This document shows positions 14,319 through 28,389 of a stretch of DNA of 64,000 nucleotides, in pieces (positions within the stretch are counted from its first letter, which is position 1; the number at the start of each line of letters is the position of its first letter). The DNA is taken from contig CM022667.1 in NCBI GenBank assembly GCA_012295275.1, positions 17,670,001 through 17,734,000 on the forward strand, written 5' to 3'. The position numbers and the translations under genes were made by a program. Under the pieces are notes generated by a model, which saw nothing but the letters and a program-made list of their open reading frames with translations, was not told the DNA's origin and did no database searches. The stretch is from Chrysomallon squamiferum (lineage: Eukaryota; Animalia; Mollusca).

Positions 14319-17137
14319 GGTATGTGTATGTGTAAAGTATAATGTTCAAATTATGTGGGTTTTGGGTAAATTGTTTCCCTCTTTTCTTTGTAGAATAGTC
14401 ATATAAAATTTATATAGACATAATAATATTCAGTCTGGTCCATCTGTCTTCAAAAAACTGTTTGTGGAACCTTAATAAATTCATAAAGATTCTGTAGAGA
14501 TTTCAAGAAAAAGTTAATTTGAACAACAGAAAAAAACCAACAAAAAAAACCCCAACAAATAATAATAACAATAATAATAATCAACAATGATAGAGAAAAT
14601 GACTATACCAGTCAGAACAAATGGAAGCAGGTGAAAATTCAGGAGAGATGTATATAGCCTAGTAAAACAAAATAGGTCTATGATAACCTAAAAATAAAGT
14701 TCTGGAAAAAGAAATTTCAACAACTGGACTCATTAGAATCTTGGAGATTATATTGACAACCTATAAATAATTAAACAAAGATACAGAAAAGAGCTTGAAC
14801 CATGGAGGGTCTATAATGAGGATACCAACAAGGTCAAGTTTAGAAAATAAGTGTATCCACCAGTTTAATTTGTAATTACAATCTCATCTATGACCTTTGG
14901 AAACTTCTATCTTATCTTGCAGTGTTTATGACATGGAACACTAATAAATATTCCACACAACATTTTCACAGTTTCCTTTATACAGATTTAGAGGATTGGT
15001 CTTGCCCATGCAAGAGGAGAAAAACAAGTTGTCAGAAGAAGAAAGACTTATTAGTGGATCTGTCATTAGCCTGAAGCATGAACTTAAAAAAAAAAAGAAA
15101 ATGAAAAAAAGAAAACAAAACACATTTATTCCTTTCTTATACTTATTTTATGAAAAAATCATTAAAGCAATGTTTATCCTTAACAAAAGTAAATGCCTTG
15201 CTTTGAGTTTATAATTTTGACATTTTAACTGGTCAACAATATCTACTTGACCTCAAACTGAAACATTTATTTTTATATCAGGATAGCTTTGATTTATAGG
15301 AAGTCTAGTAGCTGTTTGTTAAATTATAATCAGTGCTAACTATAATAATACAAAAATATTATAAATTTCAATCATACTGCAATATAATTTACATGTTTCT
15401 ATCAACAGGAAATTCAATATATCAGTAAAATTTTCTTTCTTTTATTTAAATAACAATAACAAAAACAACGATGTCCATAAAATATGAATTACAAGAAAAC
15501 ATTCTTAAAACTGATGTCAAAATATAACTGAACTTAAATGTCTTTTTATGGTTAGCTAGATACAATGAACTTTAATTAGACAGAACACTGAATGACAAGT
15601 CATTTAGTTCCTTGTCATAAAGCTTGCAAAGAAAGCATTTCTTAAAAGAAGAATTAAATGTATATTAAATTTAGAATTACAATAAATTCACAGGAATAAA
15701 GAAAAAATGGTTAATCTATTTTGAAGTCTAATAATAAATAAATAAAAGATAAAAATTATTTAAAAATAAAAATAAATAAATATTAATAATAAGACAATTT
15801 TAGATATAAAAAAAGAAAAGAAAAAAGAAATGAAAACTGAAAATGCTATTGGCCAGTTCCTTTTTATTCTTTTCTGCTTTGTGAAGAATTTTTATTTGTT
15901 TAAAAAAGCATTACCATTTAAATACCAGACATGAATTAATGCAAAAAAAATAACAGTGCATATGTATCAATGGCATCAGTGTGTGCATGTGCATGTATTT
16001 AATAAATCACACTGTCTATATGTAAAGAGTATTAAATTACCAGGAAAAAAGATAAAAGTAATGGTAACAATTCCAAAGCAACCATAATTAACCACTAAAA
16101 AAATATTTAATGTTTCTCACATTAAACATGAAATTACTATATATTATCCATTCAGTACAGAATAACCCAAACCTGTATAATAAGCAGTTACAGAAAAATG
16201 TGTAAGTAGTATACTAAGCTGCTGATATAATTTTGAAAGGGAAACAAGAAATTTATTTTTCAGATTTAACTCAATGTGTTTTAATATCTTCTGTAAGTTA
16301 TATTATATCAGTTCCACTGACTGGCTGAAGTAATTAGGTGCATACAAATCAAATAAAATCCTATTTATAAACACTTGTTATTCTTTTGAGAAAAAAGTAT
16401 ATGAAAAAACTAAGAAAATTTTATATTTTGCTTATATAAGAATCTGTTGGTTAACAATTACTTTCCATCTGTACTACGTAACCTGTCAGATATACAAAAA
16501 ATGAAAAAAAAAAACCCATATATATATATATGAAAATAAATGAATAAATAAAAATTATAATAATAGATAAATAAAATAAAAAAGAATTAAAAAAAAAATA
16601 AAATAAACAAATAAAAAAGAATTTTATAAACATAACCCACATTTCCACATTCATTTAAAGTAAAAGTAAAGAACAGCAAAAATTTTAGGAAATTAAGGAA
16701 AGAAAATTAATAAATAACAAATTAATTCAAATTAACAAGATGAAAAAAAAAAAAATAAATAAAGAGGATAGACATATAGAAAATAAAGGATGAAAAAAAA
16801 AAAAAAACATGTTTCCACACTCAGGATTTCATGCCATTATTTAGCATATTAAGACTCAGTATTAATGACAGCATATGCAAATATTTAATTTATTGTTTAT
16901 GAACAATTTTAATATAACATATTTAAATCAAAAAGTCTATGACATTAAACTCCACCAGGCAGCTAAATAAATAGACAGTAATATAAATCAAGAAATGCTT
17001 TTTTAAAAATATTTTTATAAGCATCAGAAAAACAATATTCAATAGCAAACACACATACATACATACATATTAACTGATATTTAATTTTTTTTGAATATTG
17101 AATTTGAAAGTTACTTAAAATTAGTGTGACTAATTAC

Positions 17138-17261
17138 CACATATGTAGACTCAACTTCATCTCTCTTGGCATTGTCAGCTTTATCACTGGATACCTGAAT
17201 GACAGAAGGGCCTTCAGGGCAACCATTTTGTGTTGATTTTACTGGACTGTTTTTTGTAACA
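17138..17261 (-). CDS. LRRCC1: LRRCC1-like coding exon 9, separated from exon 8 by a 27.4-kb intron
   Basis: Strong acceptor ttcactttttctatttcag|; 124 nt open in phase 2, matching the exon 8 donor: (G)VTKNSPVKSTQNGCPEGPSVIQVSSDKADNAKRDEVESTYV; donor TG|GTAATT. The E-x-T-Y ending resembles, from memory, the motif just before the LRRCC1 coiled coil. Confidence 0.72.
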
Positions 17262-17436
17262 CTGAAATAGAAAAAGTGAAAATGTTAAGTACTAATGAAG
17301 GCCACCTACAATTTTAACATAAAAAAAAAAAGAAAAAATCAAAAAGAAAAAAAAGATCAAGGATTTTTCTGATCGATATTATCGTTGTTGCTGTAAGGTT
17401 ATGTTTAACAGTGGTGGTGGTGATGGTCATGGCAAT

Positions 17437-18130
17437 GGTTGTAGTGGTATGGTAATAATAACAGTGGTTGTAGTGGTATGGTAATAATAACAGTGGTTGT
17501 AGTGGTATGTTAATAATAACAGTGGTAGTAGTGGTATGGTAATAATAACAGTGGTAGCAGTGGTATGGTAATAACAACAGTGGTTGTAGTGGTATGGTAA
17601 TAATAACAGTGGTTGTACTGGTATGGTAATAACAGTGGTAGTAGTGGTATGGTAATAACAGTGGTAGTAGTGGTATGGTAATAATAACAGTGGTTGTAGT
17701 GGTATGGTAATAATAACAGTGGTTGTAGTGGTATGGTAATAATAATAGTGGTTGTAGTGGTATGGTAATAATAACAGTGGTTGTAGTGGTATGGTAATAA
17801 TAATAGTGGTAGTAGTGGTATGGTAATAATGGCAGTGGTTGTAGTGGTATGGTAATAATAACAGTGGTAGTAGTGGTATGGTAATAATAACAGTGGTTGT
17901 AGTGGTATGGTAATAATAACAGTGGTTGTAGTGGTATGGTAATAATAACAGTGGTAGTAGTGGTATGGTAATAATAACAGTGGTTGTAGTGGTATGGTAA
18001 TAATAACAGTGGTTGTAGTGGTATGGTAATTATAACAGTGGTTGTAGTGGTATGGTAATAACAGTGGTAGCAGTGGTATGGTAATAATAACAGTGGTTGT
18101 AGTGGTATGGTAATAATAATAGTGGTAGCA
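17437..18130. repeat. 29-bp minisatellite, about 24 copies
   Basis: Unit AATAATAACAGTGGTTGTAGTGGTATGGT with occasional 26-bp variants. Confidence 0.95.
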
Positions 18131-18372
18131 GTATCTGTTATTATTAATAAAAGGTGAAACATCAAATGATATTTAAATAATTATTTCAACTATAAAGGTT
18201 TTATATGATATCACTGCATTCAGTTTGTTATAAAATTTCATCTAATGACAAAAGTAAAACCTATTTGTCAGTCACGTACATCCTGATCCAGTGTGATGGG
18301 GTAAAACAGTAACATCATTATTTTAATGTTATAATGTTAAAATTCCCACCACTGCATCAGCTGACGACTGTT

Positions 18373-18405
<33 letters not shown>

Positions 18406-18407
18406 GT

Positions 18408-18467
<60 letters not shown>

Positions 18468-19182
18468 AGTGCATGCACATGAACATGTGTTTATAGACAA
18501 AGAAACAGACAGATAGATAAAGAAAGAAAGAAAGAATCCTGAATTAAAAATAGTAACAGACCAAAGACAGATTTTTGTAAATTGACCACTGTATATTGTT
18601 ACTATACTATGATAAATGTACAGTATGACAAGTATACTGTACAAAAAACCCACTAAAACATGTCTCATATTATAACTTTATCACATGATATTCTGAATAA
18701 ATTCTGTAACTATATCAATCTGTTAAAATAGCAGATGAAATAAGAGCAAATGTATGTTTGTTTTTATATACTGACTCTTCAGAATATTGGTAAATGTAGT
18801 ATACAGTTTGTGTCTTATCATACAGACATACATTCACAGATAACATGTAAACTATTTCTAATGAAAACATTACAGTATTAACGAATTTTAATAATATTTT
18901 AGTTTTAATTTGTAAAGAATTTCTATGTAGTTTATTTTAAATATATTTTTAAAGGAGGAATTTATTTATTATTTAGCTAACTTTACTGACTGATGTAAAT
19001 CAGCTGTATATAAAGGGTCTTATTATACTATCAAACAAATGGTTTAACCATATGAATTACATTTTGGGGCATCTGTATACATGGCATTCTTTGTATGTTT
19101 TTATATCTGTTGAATAATTATATAATTATATAATTTTTATTTTTTGAAGTAAAAATTACAGCAATTACAGCAACTATGAAAG

Positions 19183-19184
<2 letters not shown>

Positions 19185-19257
<73 letters not shown>
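19185..19257. repeat. (GA)n microsatellite
   Basis: Directly visible. Others at ~56064, 59256-59317 and (CT)n 62022-62092. Confidence 0.95.
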
Positions 19258-19260
<3 letters not shown>

Positions 19261-19696
19261 CTTAAGTTATAATGCTTGTTTTTATATTTTATTTATGTAA
19301 CATTATTTATATTTAAATAAAAACAGTGTGGGAGTACAGATGTATTTACAATCTAAGTAATGTTTTTGACATTGTACTGCAGAGTTACAGTAATCAAGAG
19401 ATCAAATACCATACAAGTTGTCGAGTTATTCTGAGAATAATCAGTGTCTGGGAACATTTCACTGAGAAACAGATTTAAGAAGAAACACTAACCTAGTAAA
19501 TAAAACACTTTGTGAGATTTCTGTCACCATACTTTTGTTAACCCGTGTGTCAGCAAAAGGGTTAATATAATTAAGAAGGTACAGATTTCTATAAGTATGG
19601 AATAAAAAACTAAAACTAAAACCCCCAAATTTCACATAGTTTTGAATTAATAATTAAATTATAGTTAGTGTATTCTTTTTTTAAAATTCAGGCTCT

Positions 19697-19739
<43 letters not shown>

Positions 19740-21506
19740 CATGCTCAATCCAAATAAGATGAATAGCCGCCATCTGTAATGATGGTAAGAATCTGCAAAG
19801 ATTGATCAATAAACTTACACTGTGTCGCAGACAGTAAGGAAATGTGTTAAAGACTGATGAAAAAAGAACTAATTAACAAAAGGAAATTGTATTCACAAAG
19901 TGAAAGCTGTCTGCTTATATGTGATGTGCACAAAGGAAGGAAATGTTTGAACTGTTTGTTAATTTAGTCAGCTGAGGTAACAATTAATATAAATCTAATC
20001 TGCAACTTAAGAAACAGTGTAATTGTTTTGGTGGTTGTTTTTGTTTTGATTTTTTGATTTTGGTTTTGTTGTTTGTATTTTTTTGGTGTTTTTTTTCTTT
20101 TGTTTTTTGTTTGTTTTTAAAGGTTAGAAAAAAAAATGTCTAGGCAGTTTAAAAATGTTGACGACAAAAGTAATAAAAAATAATGACATAAAAAAGTTGA
20201 TAATAATAACAACAAAAAAAAAAAAAATTGAAAAAAGGTGATGAGGTTAAGAAAAAGGGAAAGAAAAAATACAAAACAATAATGTTTTTTATTATTTTAT
20301 TTTATGTGTCTATGTCTAATTAAAAACATAAAAATTTAAATAAAAGCTGTTGTATTAGTATTTTTTCCTTCTTTTTCAAGTATAATAGCAAAAATGAACT
20401 GAGAAGCATCATCAGCTTTTAAAAATATAAAATTAACAATATTAAATTTAAAAAAAAAATAATAATAAATAATACAAATTTATAGAAAGACAAACAAATA
20501 ACAATTATAATTACTTGGGGGAAAAAAATAAAGATATAAAATTTAAACAAAAATATGAAAGAAGGAATGAAATAAACCTATTAATATATATATAGAAACA
20601 AGAAAATTAAAAAAGTTCACACCATCATTCTGTTAATATAAGTGAATCTCCTATAAAGTTTCAAAACATTTTGTTAAAACATTTACATTTGATTCTCATT
20701 TAGATGACTTACAAAAATCAGTTTTCCACTTAACCAAAACCTTAAAAGCCAGGCTGAGCTAAAAATCCATAGTAAATAATCCATGCTAGACCAAGTCACT
20801 TAGCAAAGTGTCACCAACATACAACAATATGGTCAAGTGCTTGATTCCAGCTATAACAGAGAGAAATATTGTAAGAAACCATCAGCAACTTTAACCTAAA
20901 TAAAAATTATATTGGTAAAGAGGTTGCTAGCTTTGAGACTTAAATCACTTACAACAGCAACAAAAAATAAATGTTTCAAAAAAGAAATTAAAATTATGGT
21001 TTATTTACTTTGTCTACATGATGTCTGTTAGAACTGTCTATAATACACGTAAATTAGAAAATCTGGGTCATAAACAAAGTAAATTCTAGATAATATCTGA
21101 CATATATCCAGTCAGTCAGAATGTAGTCCACCATAAGTAGAAGACCATCTGAATATATTCATTTGTTTATTTTGTATGTTAAAGTTGTTTTAAGTACAAC
21201 ATACAAAGATTAATAAGTTGAGATCATAACCTTTCACTAATTAATAGGAAAGGATTTATTTTATTCAGATAAACATGAACTCTTCCTGTACATAATATGC
21301 AATTATTTGTTACCAGATACAATGTTTTTCAAAAATACAAAAGATAACAATCTAACAGGTGGGTTTGAAGAAGCATGAGTATCTATTTAAAAAGCATTTT
21401 CTTGAAAATAATGACTGTTTCACATCTCTTACATAAAATAATAATTTTTTACGTTTTTATTTTTTTTTATTTCAGGTTCTAATAGGAGAATCAAAAATAT
21501 AAAGCA

Positions 21507-22625
21507 ATGGTGGAATACATAACAAATATATCAAACTTTGAGAATCAAAATGAATCCGGATATCTACAGATGAACAGCAGTTTTCAGACAGATGGCAGCA
21601 CCATCAGAACTTTCAATTTTTATATACTTGGAATTCTGGGAAATACACTAGCAGCTTTTGGATTAGTTGCTAACACCTTGTCCATTATTGTACTAAGACA
21701 TCGGCGCATGCAGTCATCAACATCACTTTATCTCATTACTTTGGCCATATATGACAACATCATCCTCATTACAATGATAATATTTTTTGGTCTGCCTAAT
21801 CTTTATCCTGAAACACCATTCTTAGAAGACTACTACTTCAACTACAATCATGCTGTGCCATTTGGTTATCCTATCGGCCTTGCTGCTCAAATGGGATCCA
21901 TCTATACATGTGTTGCCTTCACTGTAGAGAGATACATTGCTGTTTGTAAACCATTACATGCTGCTAATATGTGCACCAAATCACGAGCCAAGAAAGCCAT
22001 GATGTTAATATTTCTCTGGGTTGTCATCTACAATGTACCTCGCTATTTCCACTACCATATCCAGATACATCCAGTTGAGGGCAAGAACAAGACGCAAGCC
22101 ATTCCCAACACAACAGAGTTTGGTGATCATAAAGTCTTCAAACAGGTTTACCTTATTTATCTTCAGCTCTTCTTCATGTTTGTCATCCCCTTCTGCATCC
22201 TTCTCATCCTCAACACTGCCTTAATTCGAGCCCTCAACCGATCTCGTTTCATGCGTCAACAGATATCAACATCAGCACAGCGGGAGCACAATTTGACTGT
22301 CATGCTCATTGCTGTCATAGTTGTTTTTCTTGTCTGTCAGTTTCCATCAATAATTGACAACATTCTACTGGCATCAGTGGAGTCACATTACCTTAGAATA
22401 AACAATCACTATTCTCGGTTCTATACAATGTGTACACTGATGGTTGAAGTGAATTCTGCAGTTAACTTTGTAATGTACTGTGTGTTTGGAAAGAAGTTCA
22501 GAATGATTTTTCTGCACATATTTGGTTTTAAAAAAATTCACAAGCAGCTACAGTATAGAAGTACTTTGTATAATACAAGAACAAATGGAATTAGAACTTA
22601 TGATATGGAGGTTTCTCTTGTATAA
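21507..22625 (+). CDS. FMRFamide-receptor-like class A neuropeptide GPCR, 372 aa, intronless CDS
   Basis: Seven hydrophobic segments; FGLVAN, SSTSLYLITLAIYD, TVERYIAVCKP, YNVPRYF, FVIPF, FLVCQFP, VNSAVNFVMYC; N-terminal N-glycosylation sequons; splice acceptor (poly-T...cag|) at 21475 just upstream of the ATG. Confidence 0.93.
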   Translation: MVEYITNISNFENQNESGYLQMNSSFQTDGSTIRTFNFYILGILGNTLAAFGLVANTLSIIVLRHRRMQSSTSLYLITLAIYDNIILITMIIFFGLPNLYPETPFLEDYYFNYNHAVPFGYPIGLAAQMGSIYTCVAFTVERYIAVCKPLHAANMCTKSRAKKAMMLIFLWVVIYNVPRYFHYHIQIHPVEGKNKTQAIPNTTEFGDHKVFKQVYLIYLQLFFMFVIPFCILLILNTALIRALNRSRFMRQQISTSAQREHNLTVMLIAVIVVFLVCQFPSIIDNILLASVESHYLRINNHYSRFYTMCTLMVEVNSAVNFVMYCVFGKKFRMIFLHIFGFKKIHKQLQYRSTLYNTRTNGIRTYDMEVSLV

Positions 22626-25600
22626 AAAGAAAAAAGAAACATTATTAATATTTGTTTTTAAATCAAAGAAACATTCTGTATTTATCTGAGCAGCATGGTG
22701 ATAACATTAACTGGTTTAAGTTAATAATAATTAGATTATATTTATATTAAGTCAATTTTATTTAACAAGAAAAATTCTGGTGTTAAAATCAATAAATTTG
22801 AAATTTGAGGAAATACAAATAAACTAAAGAATATTGAAAATTATAACAAAGTAATATCAAGTTGATTAATGAAAAACAATAAGTGATTTGTTCTTAAAAA
22901 CAAAAGATAATGTAGTTGCCTAGAGAATGATTTTGAATAAACAATTTAAATTATAAAAATGTGCCTAAATGAGAATAAGAAAGCTGTGAATAAGAAACAT
23001 AAATATGTGCTGTTTGTGCCTGGTAAAGATTTGAGTTCATTTTCCCTTGACAGACTTATAGTGTTCTTTGTTGTTATTGTTCTTTAATATTGTTGTTTTC
23101 TTAAATGCAGTAAAAATAAATACTTTAAATATGAAAAATAATTAAACACTGCATAACTGACAATAAAAACATATTTATAAAATATATATATATATATATA
23201 TTTTTTGATATCTACACGGCTGAAATTTTAACTTTGGTCTTGTATAAGGTGTGCATAGTTTTTAGAATGCTTTCATATAAGAAACTACTTGTGCATGCCA
23301 AAGACAGATGAAAAACTTATGTTAGACATACGCACACCCATTTGCCTTCAGAACTGTAACTAACCAAGAAGTAAATAATTATTTTCATCCTTATTATGTT
23401 TTAAATTCACTTATAAATATTTTTTCTTTTCATTTCAAGCTGTGAATTTTAAATGTAAAATGGGAATAAAATTTACATGTTGTTAATACAAATTTGAAAT
23501 ATGTTGTTCTTTGACACAATTTTTTTTTTGCCTCATATGACGATCAATATTTTGATAAGTTGCAGTATTATATCATCATCAATTTCATGTTTTCCACTTT
23601 CCATCATTTTACATGAGTGACTAAATAAGTAAGACTGAACAACTAGTTCACTTATACAGAGGAAATGAAAATGTTTGGATAATGGAAAGATAAAGTTCTA
23701 CTCCATATTGTCATTAGACATGCGTGTATGTATCATGTAAACTGATTATTTCACTGTCTGGATATGACTCATGTTCATTTTATTTTATTATTATTGTTTT
23801 TTGTTTTGCTTTTTTATGTTGTTGGTTTTTTTTGTTCTTCTTTTGTTATTATTATTATTATTTGTTGTTGTTTTCTGATTTTTTCCTTCTTTCTATATAG
23901 TTTTTAAACTTGTTTAGCTTGTTTTAATGTGTTGTCTGCAGTAGTAGGTATATTATGAGAAGTATCAAATGTCAATAAATGTGCATGTGAGTGTTTGTGT
24001 ATGTGTTTGTTAAAATGTTATTTATTTATCCTATTCATGTATTCAGTGATTATGTATTGTTTGTATGGTGTCCTTTTTTTCTTCTCTTTTCTTCTTCATA
24101 ATCTGACTGATTTTCAGACTCACAGTCAATGAATAAAATCATATTGTAACTATATTTTCAAAACAATCAGAGGAACCTGAAATATTAACTATTAGACCAC
24201 ACATGTTTTAATCACAGCAAGTAATGAATGTTTAGTTATGTTTATCAGTATATTGAAACACTTTCCATAGGTGCACTTCAATCATGCAGTACATACATAT
24301 AACCATTTCACATGGCTGATATACTTTACTATTTCTGTAAACTCTTATTTGACTTCCCCTACTTTTTGAAGACTATATTTCAAGCAAAACAACTCATTTC
24401 ATTGAAATTTCTATGTATGTTAATGATATTAATGGAAAAAGAAAAAAGCAGCTAGTTAAAGAATGAATTATAACTGGATACTTAGGAGTTTATTTCTTCT
24501 TTTTTTTTCTTCTTTTTACTTAAGAAAGTATTGATTTCAAAATAAAATAAAAAACTAATAAATTATTTAATTAATTTTCTTTTAATACAGTAATATTAAG
24601 TTAATTATAATGAACAAACATCAACACAAATAATCTACTTTGAAAGAACTTAATACATATATCTTCTAATGGCATTTATTATAACAATTATGGAATAATG
24701 GCATGAAAGGAAAATAGTGTAATTATATTCTGGGTCATAGCAACATCTCCTTTTTAAAATTAGTACCAGAAAGGTGCCTGGTGGGACCCTTTCTTGTCTA
24801 TGTCATTATTTTGTATGTTGATACTGGGATCTGAAATAAGGGGTCATGTAAAATGTTAACTGAATTAATGTAATCAATGTTCATACATATGAAATAAAGT
24901 ATATTCATCATGAGTTATCTTCAATTAATTAAGATGTTTATAAAATACTGAGTAAATGCCACCAATGTTATTATAAATATGAAAGTATGAACTTACAAAA
25001 ATTGTTTTTTTGACATGATTAAGGCACAGACGTAAAATTCTTACCAACTTTCAAACAGTATTGTATAGGTTCAGATATTTATGTACAGGACCAGCATGAT
25101 GAAAATGATGGCATTATTTGGAATGTATAGAACTGAGATGTCTGAGATATGGCAATACGAACAACAACTTTCTGAAAATGTATTCTAACTGTAGGTTTTA
25201 TTTTTGTCTTAAAACTGAGACAGCCCTGTTCAATAATACAACTGGGTGTGATTAGGTCCAATGATCAAATTAACAAATGTAGCAGGACATCTACATCTTG
25301 TTTATAGAACTAGAAAGAAGTGTTCTGCTATGAACTGTTATATTCATCATGAAATGCTCCATCTCTAAATACAGTTCACTTCATCTTAGTAACAAAGTTA
25401 TAAGAAAAGAAACTTTTAAATGAACTCCCGTACTTCTTTTTATTTAGTTTCGGTCTTATTTTAATTAATAAAGAAGTATAAGAATAAAAAATACATTTAA
25501 AATTATTTAGGCAGTCCAATGACATCATTGTGAACAGATCAGATTAATTTAATCTGGTTTCTTCTAGTGTGAGCAGAAAAATATGGATGCCAATGAACCT

Positions 25601-27397
25601 GTATGTGATCAGACCAAATCTAAATGGCATAATGTGATAAAATGGTGACAGCACTCATATGTTTTTTAAAACTATTATTCTGTTGTCATACTTTGTTATC
25701 AATGTTTACTGGCCACAAAAAAGTCAAATAAAATATTAATTTAAATATAAACAATTATATTTTTTACACAATTCATTTATACCACCACTACTTCTTCTCC
25801 ATCAAATGCTAGATAATTCCAGTGTACACAGAACTGTCTAAGTTTATTTAAGAGAAAGCTGGAGATTTGAAGTGAAAAAAGCTAAAGATTTTATTTATTG
25901 AACAAATATGGAGATTTTCTTGCATTCATTGTAATAAAATGCAAAAACTGTTGAATGGTTAATCTTGCTCTATCTGTGGATTGCAGTGTCTATTTTTATA
26001 AGAATGCAGATCATGTAACACACTGGTCCAGTCTTTGTTTTCTTACTACCATTTATTGTTCTGCAGATCATTTTGTAAGTAATTCTACATTAACCTGACT
26101 GCTGTAAAACTGAATTTTTTTTCTCTCATTTCTTATTATTTTTTTAATTTTTAATTTTTTTTTAATTTTTTAATTTTTTTTGTTAAAGGTAAATTTGGAA
26201 GATTTTTTGGTTATTATTTTTTAAATAATTTTTTTAAATTAAAATGTTTCAGTTATTTATTGTTTTATCAAAAGGTTGTAAAAAATCATCTTTTACTTGT
26301 AAACTGAGAAGTTTGACAACACTGTGTACTAGAAATATCAAACCAAAGCTTTAAAAAAAAAAACAGTTGAAAGCTGGTATAGGAAATAATTCATTAGTAC
26401 TAAAAAAGATTGATTCTAAACACCATTAAAACCAAAACATAAAATATACAACTAAAAAAATTAGATGATTAAGTATTTATTTTAGTCTTTGGTATTAATT
26501 AATCTATTAGTTAGGTATAGCAATTCATTTTACTGGAAAAATTACTATAAAATGTTAATGGAGTATTTCCAGTTGACATATTAATGATACTATTTCATGA
26601 CGTGTCACATGGTTATACCTATATGATGCTACCTAACAGAAACAAGAATTATTCTGTTGATATCGTTCTTCATATGCTATTACACAAAATCCAACAATTA
26701 ATATATAAAAAAAATATATACTGTTTTACATTTATTCTTTCAATGTAAATCTTGTTACAGATTTGTAAATAAATCATGTCTGAAGTTTTTAATTTGGTAT
26801 CAAGTTGAAAATCCAATAAAAATCATATCAAATTTAGTCTAATTAAAAGTGGCAGATGTAATCTAGAATATAAAGTAACAAAATCCTTAGAGAGTCCAAT
26901 GTAATAAACCTGTCAGATAATGTTATGTTAAATTTTCAAACTGTAAATGCTTAGATGTACTTGCAATACAATTTGTTATCAAACAGTGTTTTACAAATAT
27001 CATTTATTTATTTTTATTTAATTATTTATTCAATTATTTATTTATTTATTAATTATAATTTTGTTTTTTGATCCTGATATATAAATAGTAGTTGCAAAAC
27101 AACATAAAATATATAAATCCACAAAATAAAAAAACAATAAAAAAAACAAAAACAAAAACTGAAACAATGAAAATACAAAAAAAAATTAAGAAAATAAATC
27201 AGAACTATAATAATAATAATACTAATAAATGTATTAAAATACCTGGACAAAAATTTCAATGATTTTATTTTTATGTAAAAAGCTTGCTACTGGTGGTAGT
27301 TATTCTGTTGTTTGTTGGCTGTGGATATGGCAAAGTGTTTTAAATTTTTCCTTGAGATCACAAAGAATGGATATACCATAATTTATTTCAATTTTAT

Positions 27398-27570
27398 TTA
27401 TTATTATAGGTTGTTTGTACCATCAGAAAGTGTAAAATACATCATTAAAATGGCATGACTAGTTTAGGCAGAAATATTATTATTATTATAGGTTGTTTGT
27501 ACCATCAGAAAGTGTAAAATACATCATTAAAATGGCATGACTAGTTTAGGCAGAAATATTATTATTATTA
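27398..27570. repeat. Perfect 82-bp tandem duplication
   Basis: taggttgtttgtaccatcagaaagtg...gcagaaatattattattatta occurs twice (27407, 27489), bounded by (TTA)n microhomology. Confidence 0.95.
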
Positions 27571-28335
27571 GATGTAAAGAAAATTTAAGTTTAATACAAG
27601 GTAGCATTACAAATTGTTATTAAAGACTAAGCTGCTATGAGTTTGTATGTGATAACTCTCTTTTCCTGTTCTTTAGTTCAACTAGAAGCAACAAAATAGA
27701 AGTCTATGTAGCAGATCAGTCTGTAGTGATGTTTTGTTTCAAGACATTAATTTGTTTTGTTTTGTTTTGGTGGTAAAAAAGAAATTTCAAAAGTATGAAA
27801 AAGAAAAGAAATAATAATAATATAAAATAGATAAAATAAATAAAATAAAATATAAATAAAAATCTTAACATTACACACACATACTTAACTGATTAGCAAC
27901 ATTTTGTTTTAACTTTTCTTGTTTTTATATGAAAAAAGAGATGAAATAATAAATAAAAAAAATTATAAAATATATTGAAGTATCATTTACAAGTATTCAT
28001 TTTTTTAATTTAATGAATATATAATAGAAAAAAGTGATAATAAAGCAAAGTAAATCTGTTGTATTATTATTATTATTATAATTTCTTTTTTTTTGAAAAA
28101 TGAGGTAGCCAGTAAAAAAAAAAAAAAAAAAAAAAAAAAATAAAAAATGAAAGGTTAAATGTAGCCTTAACATATTATCATTTGCTTAGTATTTTATTAC
28201 CAGTTTATTATCAGCAAACATCAACTGTTACAACAACAAAATAAATATAAACATAACTATTTATACAATTTAAGGCACTCACAGACTCACTCATAAACAC
28301 ACACACAAAATACACATCTTAAACCTTAATATTAT

Positions 28336-28389
<54 letters not shown>

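Noticed and set aside
17314-18165. 283-aa minus-strand ORF
   Set aside because: It is the translation of the 29-bp minisatellite; the periodic peptide and stop-poor strand are an artefact.
19538-19565. TTAACCC...GGGTTAA micro piggyBac-like element
   Set aside because: Only 28 bp; too short to distinguish from chance.
22021-22224. Short ORFs overlapping real genes (also 37315, 51581, 58740, 60119, 60443)
   Set aside because: Shadow or antisense frames of coding sequence with no independent evidence.
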